Part shown: positions 13,192 through 26,749 of the stretch, one piece after another | Layout: the number at the start of each line of letters is the position of its first letter | How positions within the stretch are numbered: the first letter of the stretch is position 1 | Origin: Mobula hypostoma | Lineage: Eukaryota | Reading direction: 5' to 3' | Assembly: GCF_963921235.1 (NCBI RefSeq) | Contig: NC_086108.1 | Coordinates: 104,844,001 to 104,908,000, forward strand | Length of the DNA stretch: 64,000 nucleotides | Notes under the pieces: model-generated | The model's input: the letters and a program-made list of their open reading frames with translations, nothing else | The model's database searches: none | What the model was told of the DNA's origin: nothing | Made by a program: the position numbers and the translations under genes

Positions 13192-13733
13192 CACTCATTG
13201 GCCACTTTATTAGGCACCTTGTGTACCTAATAAAGTGTATGTTCGTGGTTTCCTGTTGCTATAGCCCATTCATTTCAAGGTTCAATGTGTTGTGTGTTCA
13301 GAGATGCTCTTCTGCACACAAGTGTTGTAACACGTGATTTGAGTTACTGTCAACTTGAACCAGTCTGGCCATTCTCCTCTGACCTCTCTCATTAAAAAGG
13401 CATTTTGGCCCACAGAACTGCTGCTGGATTTTTTTTTGTTCTTTTGCACCATTCTCTGTAAACTCTGGAGAATGAAGTGCATGGCGATGCCAGGAGATCA
13501 TCAGTTTCTGAGGTACTCAAAACACCGTGTCTGGCACCAATGATCATTCCATAGTCAAAGTCGCTTAAATCACATTTCTTCCCTACTCTGAAGTTTGGGC
13601 TGAACAACAACTAAACCTCTTGACCATGCCTGCCTGCTTTTATTCATTGAGTTGTCGCTACATAATTGGCTGATTAGATATTTGCATTAATGAGCAGGAG
13701 TACAAGTGTACCTAATAAAATGGCCACTGAGTG
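13192..13733 (-). mobile_element. Non-autonomous Tc1/mariner element
   Basis: TIRs cactcattggccactttattagg / cctaataaaatggccactgagtg; transposase HTH remnant GKKCDLSDFDYGMIIGAR. Confidence 0.85.
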
Positions 13734-14500
13734 TGTATTTACTCTTTTTCTCCCTAAGATGAACATTTGAAGATGAATCGGTAAGGTACACAGAGGAGGG
13801 TGGGCGTGGCAAAGAGAAGGGGTTGGAATCCACTGGAAAGGCTGTTATTTCAACATAAACAGGCCATGTTCTGTGAATGCGGACTTGCAGAGAGCCAACT
13901 GGTGAAGGTTCTCAAACCGAAACATCAACTGTTTACTCTCCTCCATAGATGCTACCTGATCTGCTGAGCTTTGCCACCATTTTATGTGTGTTGCTCTGGA
14001 TTTCCAGCATCTGCACAATCACTTGTGTTTATGACAGTCAACAAGGAGCTTGCTGTGACTTTATCCACGGGGATTGGCAAACAACTAGAACCAAATAGAT
14101 CCTAAAGAAATTTGGCAAAAGCAATTAAAGATCTAATCTTTAGATCTTTAGTCTTTATACTTAAATCAGTCCTAAAGGAATTGGGTCAATCAGATCATTA
14201 AGAAACTCTGCTGCCTCGACACTGAACTGACTTCCTTCAGGGTCCAAGCCTAGGTGGGGTGAATTTCTCCTCCAAGAAAATGAGTGCAAAATCCATCCTG
14301 AATCTGCTTCGATCTTTGAAGAAACTGTGTTGCAAAGGTTCAGCTGGCGTTGTGGTAATAAGTTAATCACAGGATCAATACAGTGATGAGAAAACTGCAT
14401 CTACAGACCAGTTTCTGTCTGGGTAGCCTCCAACCTGACAACATGAACATCGATTTCTCTAACATCCGATAATTCCTACCCCTCCCCCTTTTCTCTTATT

Positions 14501-15866
14501 CTTTATACTTTATACTTTATTGTCGCCAAACAATTGATACTAGAATGTACAATCATCACAGCAATATTTGATTCTACGCTTCCCACTCCCTGGATTACAA
14601 ATCGATAGTAAATATTAAAAAATTTAAATTATAAATTATAAATATAAAGTTGCCAGTGGTGTTCCACAGGGGTCCGTGTTGGGGCCACTTCTTTTTACAT
14701 TGTACATCAACGATTTGGATTATGGAATGGATGGCTTTGTGGCTAAGTTTGCTGACGATACGAAGATAGGTGGAGGGGCCGGTAGTGCTGAGGAAACGGA
14801 GAGTCTGCAGAGAGTCTTGGATAGATTGGAAGAATGGGCAAAGAAGTGGCAAATGAAATATAATGTTGGAAAGTGTATGGTTATGCACTTTGGCAGAAGA
14901 AATAAATGGGCAGACTATTATTTAAATGGGGAAAGAATTCAAAGTTCTGAGATGCAACGGGACTTGGGAGTCCTCGTATAGGATACTCTTAAGGTTAACC
15001 TCCAGGTTGAGTCGGTAGTGAAGAAGGCGAATACAATGTTGGCATTCATTTCTAGAGGAATAGAGTATAGGAGCAGGGATGTGATGATGGGGCTCTATAA
15101 GGCGCTAGTGAGACCTCACTTGAAGTACTGTGGGCAGTTTTGGTCTCCTTATTTAAGAAAGGATGTACTGACGTTGGAGAGGGTACAGAGAAGATTCACT
15201 AGAATGATTCCCGGAATGAGAGGGTTAGCATATGAGGAACGTTTGTCCGCTCTTGGACTGTATTCCTTGGAGTTTAGAAGAATGAGGGGAGACCTTATAG
15301 AAACATTTTGAATGTTGAAAGGCATGGTCAGAGTGGATGTGGCAAAGTTGTTTCCCATGATGGGGGAGTCTAGTACGAGAGGGCATGACTTAAGGATTGA
15401 AGGGCACCCATTCAGAACAGAAATGCAAAGAAATTTTTTTAGTCAGAGGGTGGTGAATCTATGGAATTTGTTGCCACGGGCAGCAGTGGAGGCCAAGTCA
15501 TTGGGTGTATTTAAGGCAGAGATTGATAGGTATCTGAGAAGCCAGGGCATCAAAGGTTATGGTGAGAAGGTGGGGGAGTGGGACTAAATGGGAGAATGGA
15601 TCAGCTCATGATAAAATGGTGGAGCAAACTAGATGGGCCGAATGACCAACTTCTGCTCCTTTGTCTTATGGTCTTATAAATCATAAATAGAAAATAGAAA
15701 AATGGGAAGTAAGGTAGTGCAAGAAAACCGAGAGGCAGGTCCGGATATTTGGAGGGGACGGCCCAGATCCGGGTCAGGATCCGTTCAGCAGTCTTATCAC
15801 AGTTGGAAAGAAGCTGTTCCTAAATCTGGCCGTACGAGTCTTCAAGCTCCTGAGCCTTCTCCCGGA
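14501..15866. mobile_element. Nest: Rex1 3' end (minus) split by a CR1 (14649-15675, plus), all inside a Penelope terminal repeat
   Basis: CR1 RT motifs SGVPQGSVLGP and KFADDTK; ttataaat on both sides of the CR1; (tttatac)n Rex1 tail at 14501. Confidence 0.8.
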
Positions 15867-16591
15867 GCCTTCTCCACTCCCATTCTGGCTCCCCTCTTAC
15901 CCCTTGACTTCTTTTCATTAACCTATCACTTCCCTCTAGTGCCCCTCCTCCTTCCCTTTCTCACATGTTCTACTGTCCTCCCCTATTGGAATTCCTCTTC
16001 AGCCCTTTACCTCTTCCACCTATCACCTCCCAGAGTCTCTCTTCATCCTGCCCTTCCCCCATTCACCTACCTTCCTCTTCATCTCATCCCACCTATCACC
16101 TGACAAATTGTACTCATTCCCCTTCCTCCCACCTTCTTATTCTGGATTCTTCCTTTCCAATCCTGATGAAGGGTCTTGGCCCGAAACATTGACTGTTTCC
16201 TCCTCTCCATAGATGCTGCCTGACCTGCTGAGCTCCTCCAGCATTTTGTGTGTGTCCATCAGGGAGATTCCATGTTTAGGATAAGACTGTGACTCTTTCA
16301 ACCTCACAGTTTGGAAATAAAAAGCATCATAATGCTATTTTTTATCATTTTGAATCCAAGAGACCTATTCCAGCATCCCCTGATTCATTTATTTGTATTT
16401 CAAGGAAGAAATATGAGTGGCAGCAGTTAGCGTAACATTATTACAGTACCAGCAATCCTGGTTTGCACGTTCTCCCCGTTACTACGTGGGTTTCCTCCAG
16501 GTGCTCCAGTTTCCTCCCACATTCCAAAGATGTACATTTATAGTTAGGGAGTTGTGGGAACACTACGTTGGTGCTGAAAGCACAGCAACAC

Positions 16592-17416
16592 TTTGGGATG
16601 TAATGTTGAATTTGTACAAGGCATTGGTAAGGCCAAATCTGGAGTACTGTGTACAGTTCTGGTCACCAAATTATAGGAAGGATGTCAATAAAATTGAGAG
16701 AGTACAGAGGAGGTTTACTAAAATGTTGCCTGGGTTTCATCCCCTAAATTACAGAGAAAGGTTGAACAAGTTAGGTCTTTATTCTTTGGAGTGTAGAATG
16801 TTGAGGGGAGACTTGATAGAGGTGTTTAAAATTATGAGGGGGATTGATAGAGTTGACGTGGTTAGACTTTTTCCATTGAGAGTGGGGGAGATTCAAACAA
16901 CAGGGCATGGGTTGAGAATTAGAGGACAAAAGTTTAGGGGTAACATGAGGGGGAACTTCTGAGTGGTGAATCTGTGGAATTCTCTGCCACAGGAAACAGC
17001 TGAGGCCAGTTCATTGGCTATATTTAAGAGGGAGTTAGATATGGCCCTTGTGGCTAAAGGGATCAGGGGGTATGGAGGGAAGGCTGGTACAGGGTTCTGA
17101 GTTGGATGATCAGCCATGATCATACTGAATGGCAGTGCAGGCTCGAAGGGCCGAATGGCCTACTCCTGCACCTATTTTCTATGTTTCTATGTTTACTCAG
17201 AGAGTGGTAGCTGTGTGGAACGAGCTTCCAGCAGAAGTGGTTGAGGTAGGTTCGATGTTGTCATTTAAAGTTAAATTGGATTGATATATGGACAGGAAAG
17301 GAATGGAGGGTTATGGGCTGAATGCAGGTTGGTGGGAATAGGATAGGGTAAGAGTTCAGCATGGACTAGAAGGGCCGAGATGGCCTGTTTCCGGGCTGTA
17401 ATTGTTATATGGTTAT
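16592..17416 (+). mobile_element. CR1 3' fragment inside an HE1-like SINE, itself carrying a younger CR1 3' end (16961-17193)
   Basis: ORF 16417..16962; flanks aacactt/aacattt; inner (ttctatgt)n tail. Confidence 0.85.
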
Positions 17417-17999
17417 AACATTTGTGGGCTGCTCCCGACACCATCCTGGCTGACTTCATTTGACACAAATGATGCATTTCACTGTATGTTTCAATATTTC
17501 GACGTACATGTTAGAAACAAAGCTAATCTTTATCTAATCTTTAAGAAAGGGAAGTTTTCCCTTGTGTCTTGGCTGATATTTACCTAACAACCAATCTAGA
17601 TTATGTGAATAACACACACTAAATTCTGGAGGAATTCAGCAGGTCAGACAGCATCTGTGCAGGGGGAAAACAGTCAACGTTTTGGGCTGAGACTTTTCAT
17701 CAGGACACTGAATGTTCTGAATTATCCAGGTCAGAGACAGTCAAGCCTGGCAACCAGGAAAGTTACAAGAGGTCCAGGTACGATATCCGGAAAACTATCT
17801 CATGAGCAAAGTGGCAACTCCAGACTAAACTTGAATCATGAAGGATGCTCAACAGTTATGGCAGGGCTTGAATTCCATTATCTCTTGTAAATTTAAATCA
17901 AGTGACATTGGTGACAACAGAGCTTCACCTCCAGAGGAAATCAATCTGCTCTCTGTTCGCTTTGATCGTCAAACATGGAGAAACCATTACTAACTCCTA

Positions 18000-19150
18000 C
18001 AGTCCCCGATGATCCTGTGACTTCAGTTACTGAGGCTTATGGCAGCCTTCAGCAGTGCGAACTGACGAAAGCATCCAGCCTAGACAGGGTACCTGGACAA
18101 GGACTAAAGGCCTATGCTGATCATGCTGACTGGAGTATTCTTTGAGATCCTTAACCTCTCGCTTCAGCAGTCTGAGGTACTCACCTGCTTCAAGCAGGCT
18201 TCAAACATACAGGTGCCTAAGAAGAATGTGTAACCTGACTCAATGACTACCGCCCAGTAGCACTTACATCCACTCTGATTAAGTGTTTTGAGAGTTTGGT
18301 GATGACACTTATCAAACCCTATTGACTTATGGAGAAGGAAACTAGAGGTTCATGAGCCAGTTCTCATTGGATGATCAGAGGTGGAGAGGGTCAGTAACTT
18401 TAAATTCCTCGGTGTTATTATTTCAGAGGACCTGTTCTGAGCCCAGTACCTAAGTGCAATTATGAAGAAAGCATGGCAGTGCCTCTATTCCCTTAGGAGC
18501 TCGCAAAGACTCAGCATGATATCTAAAACTTTGACAAACTTCTGTAGATGTGTAGTGGAGAGCATATTGACTCGTTGCATCACAGCCTGGTATGGAAACA
18601 CCAATGCCCTTGAACAGAAAATCCTACAAAAGGTAGTGGATATGGACCAGTCCATCATGGATAAACCCCTGCCCTCCATTGACCACATGTACATGAAATG
18701 ATGTCGCAGGAAAGCAGCATCCATCATGAGGGATCCCCATCGTCCAGGACAATTTCTCTTCTCACCGCTGCCATCAGGAAGAAGGTGCAGGAGACTCAGG
18801 ATTCATACACCAGGTTCAGGAACAGTTACTACCCCCCAGCCATCAGGCTCTTGAACTAAAGGAGATAACTTTACTCAACTTCACTTGCCCTATCATTGAA
18901 AGGATCCCATAACTTATGGACTCACTTTCAAAGACTCTTCATCTCATGTTCTTGATGTTTATTACTTCGTAGTTGTGCATTTTGTTGTCTTTTGCTCACC
19001 AGTTGAATGCCCAGCTGGTGCGGCCTTTCATTGATTCTATTATGGTTGTTATTCTATTATGGATTCATTGAGTATGCCCCAAGCAAATGAATCTCAGGGT
19101 TATATAGTGACAGATGCAGTATGTATTTTAATAATAAATTTACTTTGAAC
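18000..19150 (+). mobile_element. Decayed Rex1/Babar LINE; other Rex1 3' fragments at about 38610-39110, 39950-40250, 43985-44510, 46235-46680, 53020-53500, 57060-57300 and 62940-63300
   Basis: ORF 18462..18701 LTNFCRCVVESILTRCITAWYGN; aataaatttactttgaac tail. Confidence 0.8.
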
Positions 19151-20493
19151 ATTGCCTGTGCATGCAGGCTGCCTAACCTCCTTCATTATAACAGACTCTA
19201 TAAAACAACTTGAGGTCAGGATTTGTAGACTTATATTACCAGTAGTGGGGTCAGTGAGTAATACAAGATGGAAACAGCCCCTTTGGCTCAGCTCATCTAT
19301 ACCTAGCCACACCAGTAAATTGGTTTATTGTCGTCACATGTACTGAAGTACAGTGTAAAACTCTGTCTTGTATACCAACAGTAAAGATCATTTCTCACCG
19401 GCCTATTACTTCCCCCTAAGTCCCCTCCTCCTTCCCTTTCTCCCATGGTCCACTCTCTTCTCCCTTTAAATTCCCTCCTCTCCAGCCCTTGACTTTCTCA
19501 GCCACATGACTTCACCTATCACCTTCCAGCTAGCCTCCTTCCCCTCCACCCCATCTTTTTATTCTGGTATCATTCCCCTTCCTTCTCAATCCTGAAGAAA
19601 GTTCTCGGCCCAAAATGTCAACTGTTTATTCTTTCCCAAAGATGCTGCCTGACCTGCTGAGTTCCTCCAGCATTTTGTGTATGCTGATTTGGATTTCCAA
19701 CATCTGCAGACTTTCTTGTGTTTATCAAATGCTGAATGCATTTATTAGAGTCACTTAAATTTACATGCAAAAGAGTCATTATCGTCATTACATGCCATGT
19801 CATATGACATAGATGATCATTGTCTCATGACTGTGCTTGTTCTTGGCAACTTTTTTCCACAGAAGTGGTCTTCTTCTGAGCAGTGTCTTTACAAGATGGG
19901 TGACCCCAGCCATTATCAATACTCTCAGAGATAGTCTGCCTGGCATCAGTGATCACATAACCAGGACTTGTGATATGCACCAGTTGCTCATACGACCATC
20001 CATCACCTTCTCCCATGGATTCACGTGACCCTGATCGAGGAGCTAAGCTTTTGCTACACCTTTCCCAGGCTAGTGGGGGGAAGGAGCACCTTACACTTCC
20101 TTTGGAAGAGACGTATCTCCATCCCAACACCCAAATGAAAAAGAGTAGAATGGTAATATGAGTAGGAGTGAAAAGCAAGCCATTTGGCCCATTGAGTCTG
20201 CTTCACCACTCAATCATGGCTATTTATTATCCCTCTCAACCCTATTCTCCTGCTTTCTCCCCATATCCTTTAACACCTTTACTAATTAAGAACCTATTAT
20301 CTTCCACTTTAGATATATCAATGATTTGGCTTCCACAGCCATCTGTAGCAATGAATTCCATAGATGCACTACTCATATCTTAGAGAGCAGTTTGCAACAA
20401 GACACCACATCCTGGCACGGTCTCTCCCCGTACCTATGCCCCTCTAAATCTTTTGTCTCCTGCAACTGTCCTAAGGGATTAGATTCTGATTCA

Positions 20494-20652
<159 letters not shown>

Positions 20653-22086
20653 CTAAGTATTTCCTTCTTCATGTGTAACTTTCTCCTGAACCCCTCATCA
20701 TCCATCACCCACCAGCCCGCTCCCACCACCCACCCTCAATGGCTCTCCTGAAAGCAATGGAGATCATTCAGCCATTTTCACATCACGTGCTGCTTTAACC
20801 TAATCGTGTTGACAGAATTATTGAATGACACCATTCACCCCCCTGAAACTGTACCAACTTCTTATTGATTAATCCAGTCTGATGCTTGCTACTGCTCTTC
20901 TGCCATTGCCTTGTGAGTTATTTTCCCTCACGTGGTTGTCCTTCCCTTTCAACAGTTCTGAGTATCTCCAGTACCCTAGCAGACCACCATCCCCATGAGT
21001 TTGAGTATTATCTTCTCAGCATCTTCCCCTAACTCTTTAGCTCATAACTTTGACCTACTTCTCCTGATCTTTGAACCAAGTGGTAATAGGAATATTTTCT
21101 CTTGATGGCAGAAAAATGGAGGGCTATGGGGCTATAAGGGTTAAATTGAACTTCGAGTAGGTTAAAAGATTGGCACAACAATGTAGGCCGAATGGCCTGT
21201 ACTGTGCTGTACTGTTCCCTATTCCATGTTCTAATTTCTCTCTCTGCATTTCTTATGTTCTGATTCACCTATATCATATCTCTAAGGAGAACTACCTTCA
21301 GCTTTTACTAATGTTGTGCGATTCCCAGGCATGGACTGATCAGACATCCATCTATAATGGTAAAGATGGGAGCAATCCTCTATCTTCTTCACATGTCTTC
21401 ACACATGATTTCAGAAAGCAAGTGCTTAAGGTGATTATCTAAATCAAGTCCAGTGCTATAATCTACATATGCACAAGTCCGGTCACACATGGAAGACCAT
21501 TTGACGCATCTTAGTTCAATCATGTAGAATTTGTAACCTTCTAACCTTGTAGACCATAAAGCAATGAGCACTATAGCCCAGAAACAGGCCCTTCAGGCCA
21601 TCTAGTCCATGCCAAATTGTTATTCTGCCTAGCCCCATTGACACACGCCTGGACCATAGTCTTCCATGCCCCTCTTGTCTATGTACTTAAATGTTGCAAT
21701 CAAGCCTGCATCCGCCATTTCTGCCAGCAGCTCGTTCCACTCTCATACCACCCTCTGAGTGAAGAAGTTCCAAAAGGGGTTCCCACTTTTTAACTAACTC
21801 TTTGCAAATGATCCCGAGAGATTTAGCCCTTCTATCTCTGACTATCCTTGGTTCTGCTCAGTCCTTCCATAAAATAAATGGGTTTCTCAGCATTGATCTG
21901 CTACTCCTCATCCACATTACCTTTTGGAGTTGAAATTCAGTTGGGCAAACATCACCGAAAAGTGCTAGAAAACCTATTACTTTGTTCGTGTCTCCTGCTA
22001 TTTTCCCTAAGGTTGAAAACAAGAGCTGTCTCCTTCGTGAGATTATCCTGGAGTCCCTTTCTATCCATGCAGATGAGTAAGATAAG

Positions 22087-22192
22087 TAGCAAATCTTAAG
22101 TGACTTACAATAGCACCCTAGCAGATCTTAAATGACCTACATTGGCATCCTAGCAGATTTTAAGTGACTTACAATGTACATTGGGATCCTAC
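22087..22192. repeat. 32-bp minisatellite, about 3 copies
   Basis: tagcagatcttaagtgacttacaatagcaccc-like units starting at 22087, 22119 and 22151. Confidence 0.8.
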
Positions 22193-23119
22193 CCCACCAT
22201 ACTATTGATTTTAAAATTTATATCCATTTATTTCATCCCTTATTAGTTGCATTATCCCTGCTATCTCCTCCAGATCTAGAACTCCAAGAGTTCATCCTTA
22301 ACTTCCACCAATGATTGCCTGGGTTCCAAACTCTGGTTTACCATCCCGAGATCTCTCCAATCTTTCTTTTCTCTATGAAGACCCTTCTGAAAATATATCT
22401 CCTTTGAGTCACCTCCTCTAATAGTTATACAGAACAGAACCAGGCCCTTCCACCCAACGTGTCCATGCTGACCAAGTTCCCCCATCCAAGCTGGTCTCAT
22501 TTGCCAGCTGCTGAACATTTCTATTCCGCGTACCTGTCTAACTGGCTTTTAAAAGTTGTTATTGTACGTGCCTCAATGTCTTCCCTTGGAGCTCATTCCA
22601 CATCCTTACCACTCCTTATCTTCAAACGAAGATCCTCAAGTGGTAGAGTAACATCATTTAATTAAGAGATCTTAGATAGGTAGGTGGACGGACAGGCTCA
22701 GAAGGATATGGGCTGAAGGCATAAAATTAGGACTAGATGGGTGGACAACTCATTAGGCTGAGAGGCCTGTATTTATGCTGTATTGCTCCATAACAGAAGT
22801 TCCTGTTAATAAACTTCCCTCTCACATGAAATCTGTGCCCTCTAGTTCTTAATTCCCCAACCCTGGGAAAAAAGACTTTGTGCATTCACCGTTTCTATGT
22901 CCCTCAAGATCTCGAGAAGATCACCTCTCAGTCTCCTATGCTCCAAGGATTAAGATCCTAGTTTCACCCCATATCAAAGTCCTGGCAACATTCTTGTAAA
23001 TTTTTTCTGCATCTAGTCAGCAAAAATCTGTATTTTAGCAAAAATATGAACAGGAACAGTGCTGCCACGCAGTATTTTTTTTTACCAAGGTCACAGTGCT
23101 AGAGGCAGCTCACACTTAC

Positions 23120-23340
23120 ATCTTATCAGTGCCGTAGTACTTGTAGCCCAACAGTGCTGAAATCCCCACCACAACAGAAGGGCTGCCGTAGCCGAAGATG
23201 TAGAAGTTTCTGTGCAGGAAACCTTTGTTGTAGATGACCCCAACCACAATGAGGTAGAGATGAATACCCTCGACACACATCCAGGCAAAGGCAGCCAGGA
23301 AAAAGTAGTGAAGCAGTCCGGCTACGATGGAACAGAGTAG
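23120..23340 (-). CDS. ADGRL4: ADGRL4 exon (221 nt, TM3-TM4)
   Basis: ccccctcag|CTA CTC TGT...GAT AAG AT|gtaagt; [54 protein letters not shown]...YYGTDK. Confidence 0.97.
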
Positions 23341-24315
23341 CTGAGGGGGTGGGGAGGGTGGTGTGATGGTGCAGAGATTAAACATTGCATCTCGATAAAG
23401 AACACCAAACTTCTCAAAACCAAAAAAAAAATCCAAGAGATACTGGAAATCTACAACACCTCGCAGAGCAGAGACTGGATATTGCATCTTGATAATGATT
23501 ATAGAGTCATAGATCACTACAGCACAGAAGCAAGCCTTTTGGTACAGCAAATCCATACTGAACTATTATTCTGCCTAGTATGTGGACCATTGCCCTCTAT
23601 ACACCCCCATTCTTGCACATATCCAAACTTCTCTTATACGTTTGTATTTTGAAATTGAACCCCCATCCACCTCTTCCACTAGCAGTTTGTTCCCTACTCT
23701 CACCACACCCTGAGTGAAGAAGATACTCCTCAAGTTCTTCTGAAACATTTCAGCTTTCATCCTTACCCCATGACCTCTAGTTCTTATCTCACCCAACCTC
23801 AGTAGATAAAGCCTGCTTGCCTTTACACTAGCTATTCCCCTCAAAAATTTTGCACTTCAGTCTGCCCTCATTCTCCTCAGCTCCAGGGAATAAAGTCGTA
23901 ACCTCCTCCCCATAACTGAGGTACTCAAATCCTGGCAACATCCTTGTAAACTTTCTCCACATTCTTTCAAACTTATTGATGCCTTTCCTGTAGGTAGGTG
24001 ACCAGAATGGCACACAGTACTCCAAATTAGGCCACGCTATCATCTTATACAACTTCAAAATAACATCTCAACTTCTGTACTGAATACTTTTGATTTATGA
24101 AAGCCAATGTGCCAAAAATTTTCCTTCAAGAAATTATGTATTTGTATTCCCTGATCCCTCTGAATACATCTATCAAATCTCCCCTTGCTCTTCTACTCTC
24201 TTGGGAATGAAGTCTTAATGTATTCTACCTCTAATAGTGTGCTTAATGGTTTGGGCTACCTCTTGGGAGAAGGTTTAAGGGGGCTGTGGAGCTAATGTTA
24301 ATGTTCGTTGCTTAC

Positions 24316-24519
24316 CTTATTGCTGTTCATGTTAATCCCAGTGAGGAACAAAAGTTCTGCAATAAAGAGACTGAAGCAGAGATTCTTGTGAATTGTTGTT
24401 CTGGTGCTCTGAATCTCACTGAAGAAACAGAAGGTAAAGATGCACATTGACAGGCAGATCAAGGACACGATAATTCCCAGCTGGGTGATCCGAGTGAGGA
24501 TATTATTATGTAGAACATC
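24316..24519 (-). CDS. ADGRL4: ADGRL4 exon (204 nt, TM1-TM2)
   Basis: cccttgcag|GAT GTT...AAT AAG|gtaagc; [43 protein letters not shown], diagnostic for ELTD1. Confidence 0.97.
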
Positions 24520-25077
24520 CTGCAAGGGAGTAAGTGTCAAGAGCCTTAAGGTTCGGCTTCTGTGCGAAAATGCAGATGAGACAAACAGCAACAACTCACG
24601 CTTGTACAAGGCCTCCAACGAAGCAGAATTTGCCAAGAGATGCCTTCGCAGAACCAATCACTACTAGAATGTGACACCAATTCAAAAATAATATGAATTG
24701 ACCAAAGCATCGGCAGTGGGTTAGGGTTTAAGAAGTCTCTTCACAGAGAATAAAGTGAAAGCAGAGTGGTTTGGGCGGGGAGTTTCAGTGGGATGGAGGA
24801 GGCCCATGTCAGTGTCACAGCCTTACAAATACTTCCCTGGTAGGATGTCTGTGGGTGTCGTGTTGACATTTTGTAAGTGAATATAATGATATGTTTGGTA
24901 TGGTATTTTATCATGTATTGTTTAATAGTAAGTTTATGAAACAAAACATGCTTTTCAGTACAAAAGGAACTGTGAGATGGAAGTGTTATTAACAGTAACT
25001 GCAGTGGAGAGGAGAACTCTACAATGGGTGGCTAAAGCTGCCCAACGCATCACCAGCAGCGGCTTAGCCTCTATCAG

Positions 25078-25686
25078 GAAAGAGGACCGGGTCGAGACAA
25101 CAGAGACTTATGGAGGAGTTCGGTGGGTAATAAAATGGACGAGTTCACAGCGCTAGCCAGGCGTCAGAGAACATTTCAGGAGTGCAGTGTTATGTGTTTT
25201 ACTGGAATGGGGCCGCACGAGGACATACCCGATCAATCTTTTCCATGGGCGGCTTCCAGACCGTTCGGGCTGACCGGAAGTGCACTGAGAGCGGTAAGTG
25301 TAAATGAGTTGGGGGCTTACTGTTCTGGTTAACAACGGATGGTGCAATCCGGGTCATATTACGATCGAGGAACGTGTTTGTAGACCGGATATTGAACTTT
25401 TTGCTGTTGGACCCCGGCCATATTCCACCGAGATACAACACTGGGCAGCACGAGAGGTCGTTCCTGCCTGTGGCCATCGAACTTTGCAGCTCCTCCCGTG
25501 GAGAGTCAGACACCCTGAGCCAATAGGCTGGTCCTGGACTTATTTCCATCTGGCATAGTTTGCATTTTGTTGTTTGATTGTTTGTGGTTTTTGTATTGCT
25601 ATACTTATGCTCTATTCTTGGTTGGTGCGGCTGTAACGAAACCCAATTTCCCTCGGGATTAATAAAGTATATCTATCTATCTATCA
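25078..25686 (+). mobile_element. Internally deleted Rex1 derivative (endonuclease start joined to 3' end), copy A
   Basis: GNKMDEFTALARRQRTFQECSVMCFT...PDIELFAVG joined near 25423 to a Rex1 3' end; (tcta)n tail. Confidence 0.85.
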
Positions 25687-26575
25687 ATCAGAGATATATA
25701 CAGAAAGGTGCTTGATAAAGCGCAGCTTTACTGTTATTATTTTCCCCATATACCATCTGAATGCACTACTGTGATGGTGGCATGAAAAACAATGTTTATC
25801 ACTTAACCTAGGTACGTGTAACAATAATGAAACAATTTAGCAATTTATCCCATAATCATCATATTTCTGAATGGTCTCTGAACACTTCTTTTTTATTGCA
25901 CAATTTATTTTTGAAAATGATCAATTTTTATGTCTTTCCGCTGTACTGCTACTGCAAAGTAACAAATTTCATGGCATATTCCAGTGATAGTAAACCTGAT
26001 TCTGATTCTACGTGGGTTCGTGATTGTTGGTCATAAATACATAAGGTCTGGAGATGAATTAAAGAATTTATTAAAGATTAAAGATTAGTTTTATTTGTCA
26101 CATGTACATTGAAATGCAGTGAAATGCATTATTTACATCTAATCAAATCAGCAAGGATTGTGGTGGAGGCGGACCGCAAGTGTCACCATGCTTCTGGCAT
26201 CAGCATAGCTCGCCCACAGCTTGCCAACCCGAGCTGTGCGTCTTTGGACTGTGGGAGGAAACTGGAGCCCCTGAAGGAAACCCATTCAATCATGAGGAGA
26301 ATATACACATTCCTTAGAAACAGCGGCAAGAATCGAACTCTGATTGGTGTTCGCTGGCACTGTATGGTGATTGCGCTAACCACTACACTCCCTGGCGGTC
26401 CTGGGAGGTCCAGTGTTTGCATGCATGTGTGAGAAGGACTAATTTACAACAATGTGGGGAGAGAACTGAGGAATAGGTAAGTAACTCAGCGATTTCTTCC
26501 CCTGGAACAACAACATGTGTGCTTTAATCATTAGTACTCATAGGGCTTCTAAGACCAACGTAGGCCTCTACTTAC

Positions 26576-26749
26576 CACGATGGGTGAAGATGACATCAGC
26601 ACTGCAAAGCTGGTCAGGTGATTACATCGGCAGGTGGTATGCGTGGCATTGAAATGGAAGCTCTTGCACCCACTGGTGTCCCACTCCCCCTCCATGCTGG
26701 AAGTGGAGTAGTTCCAGAACACACAGACAGATTCGTGCCCCTTCACAGG
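26576..26749 (-). CDS. ADGRL4: ADGRL4 exon (174 nt) encoding the GPS autoproteolysis motif
   Basis: caaccttag|CCT GTG AAG...ATC GTG|gtaagt; CVFWNY...W...GC...TTCRCNHL|TSFAVLMSS. Confidence 0.97.
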
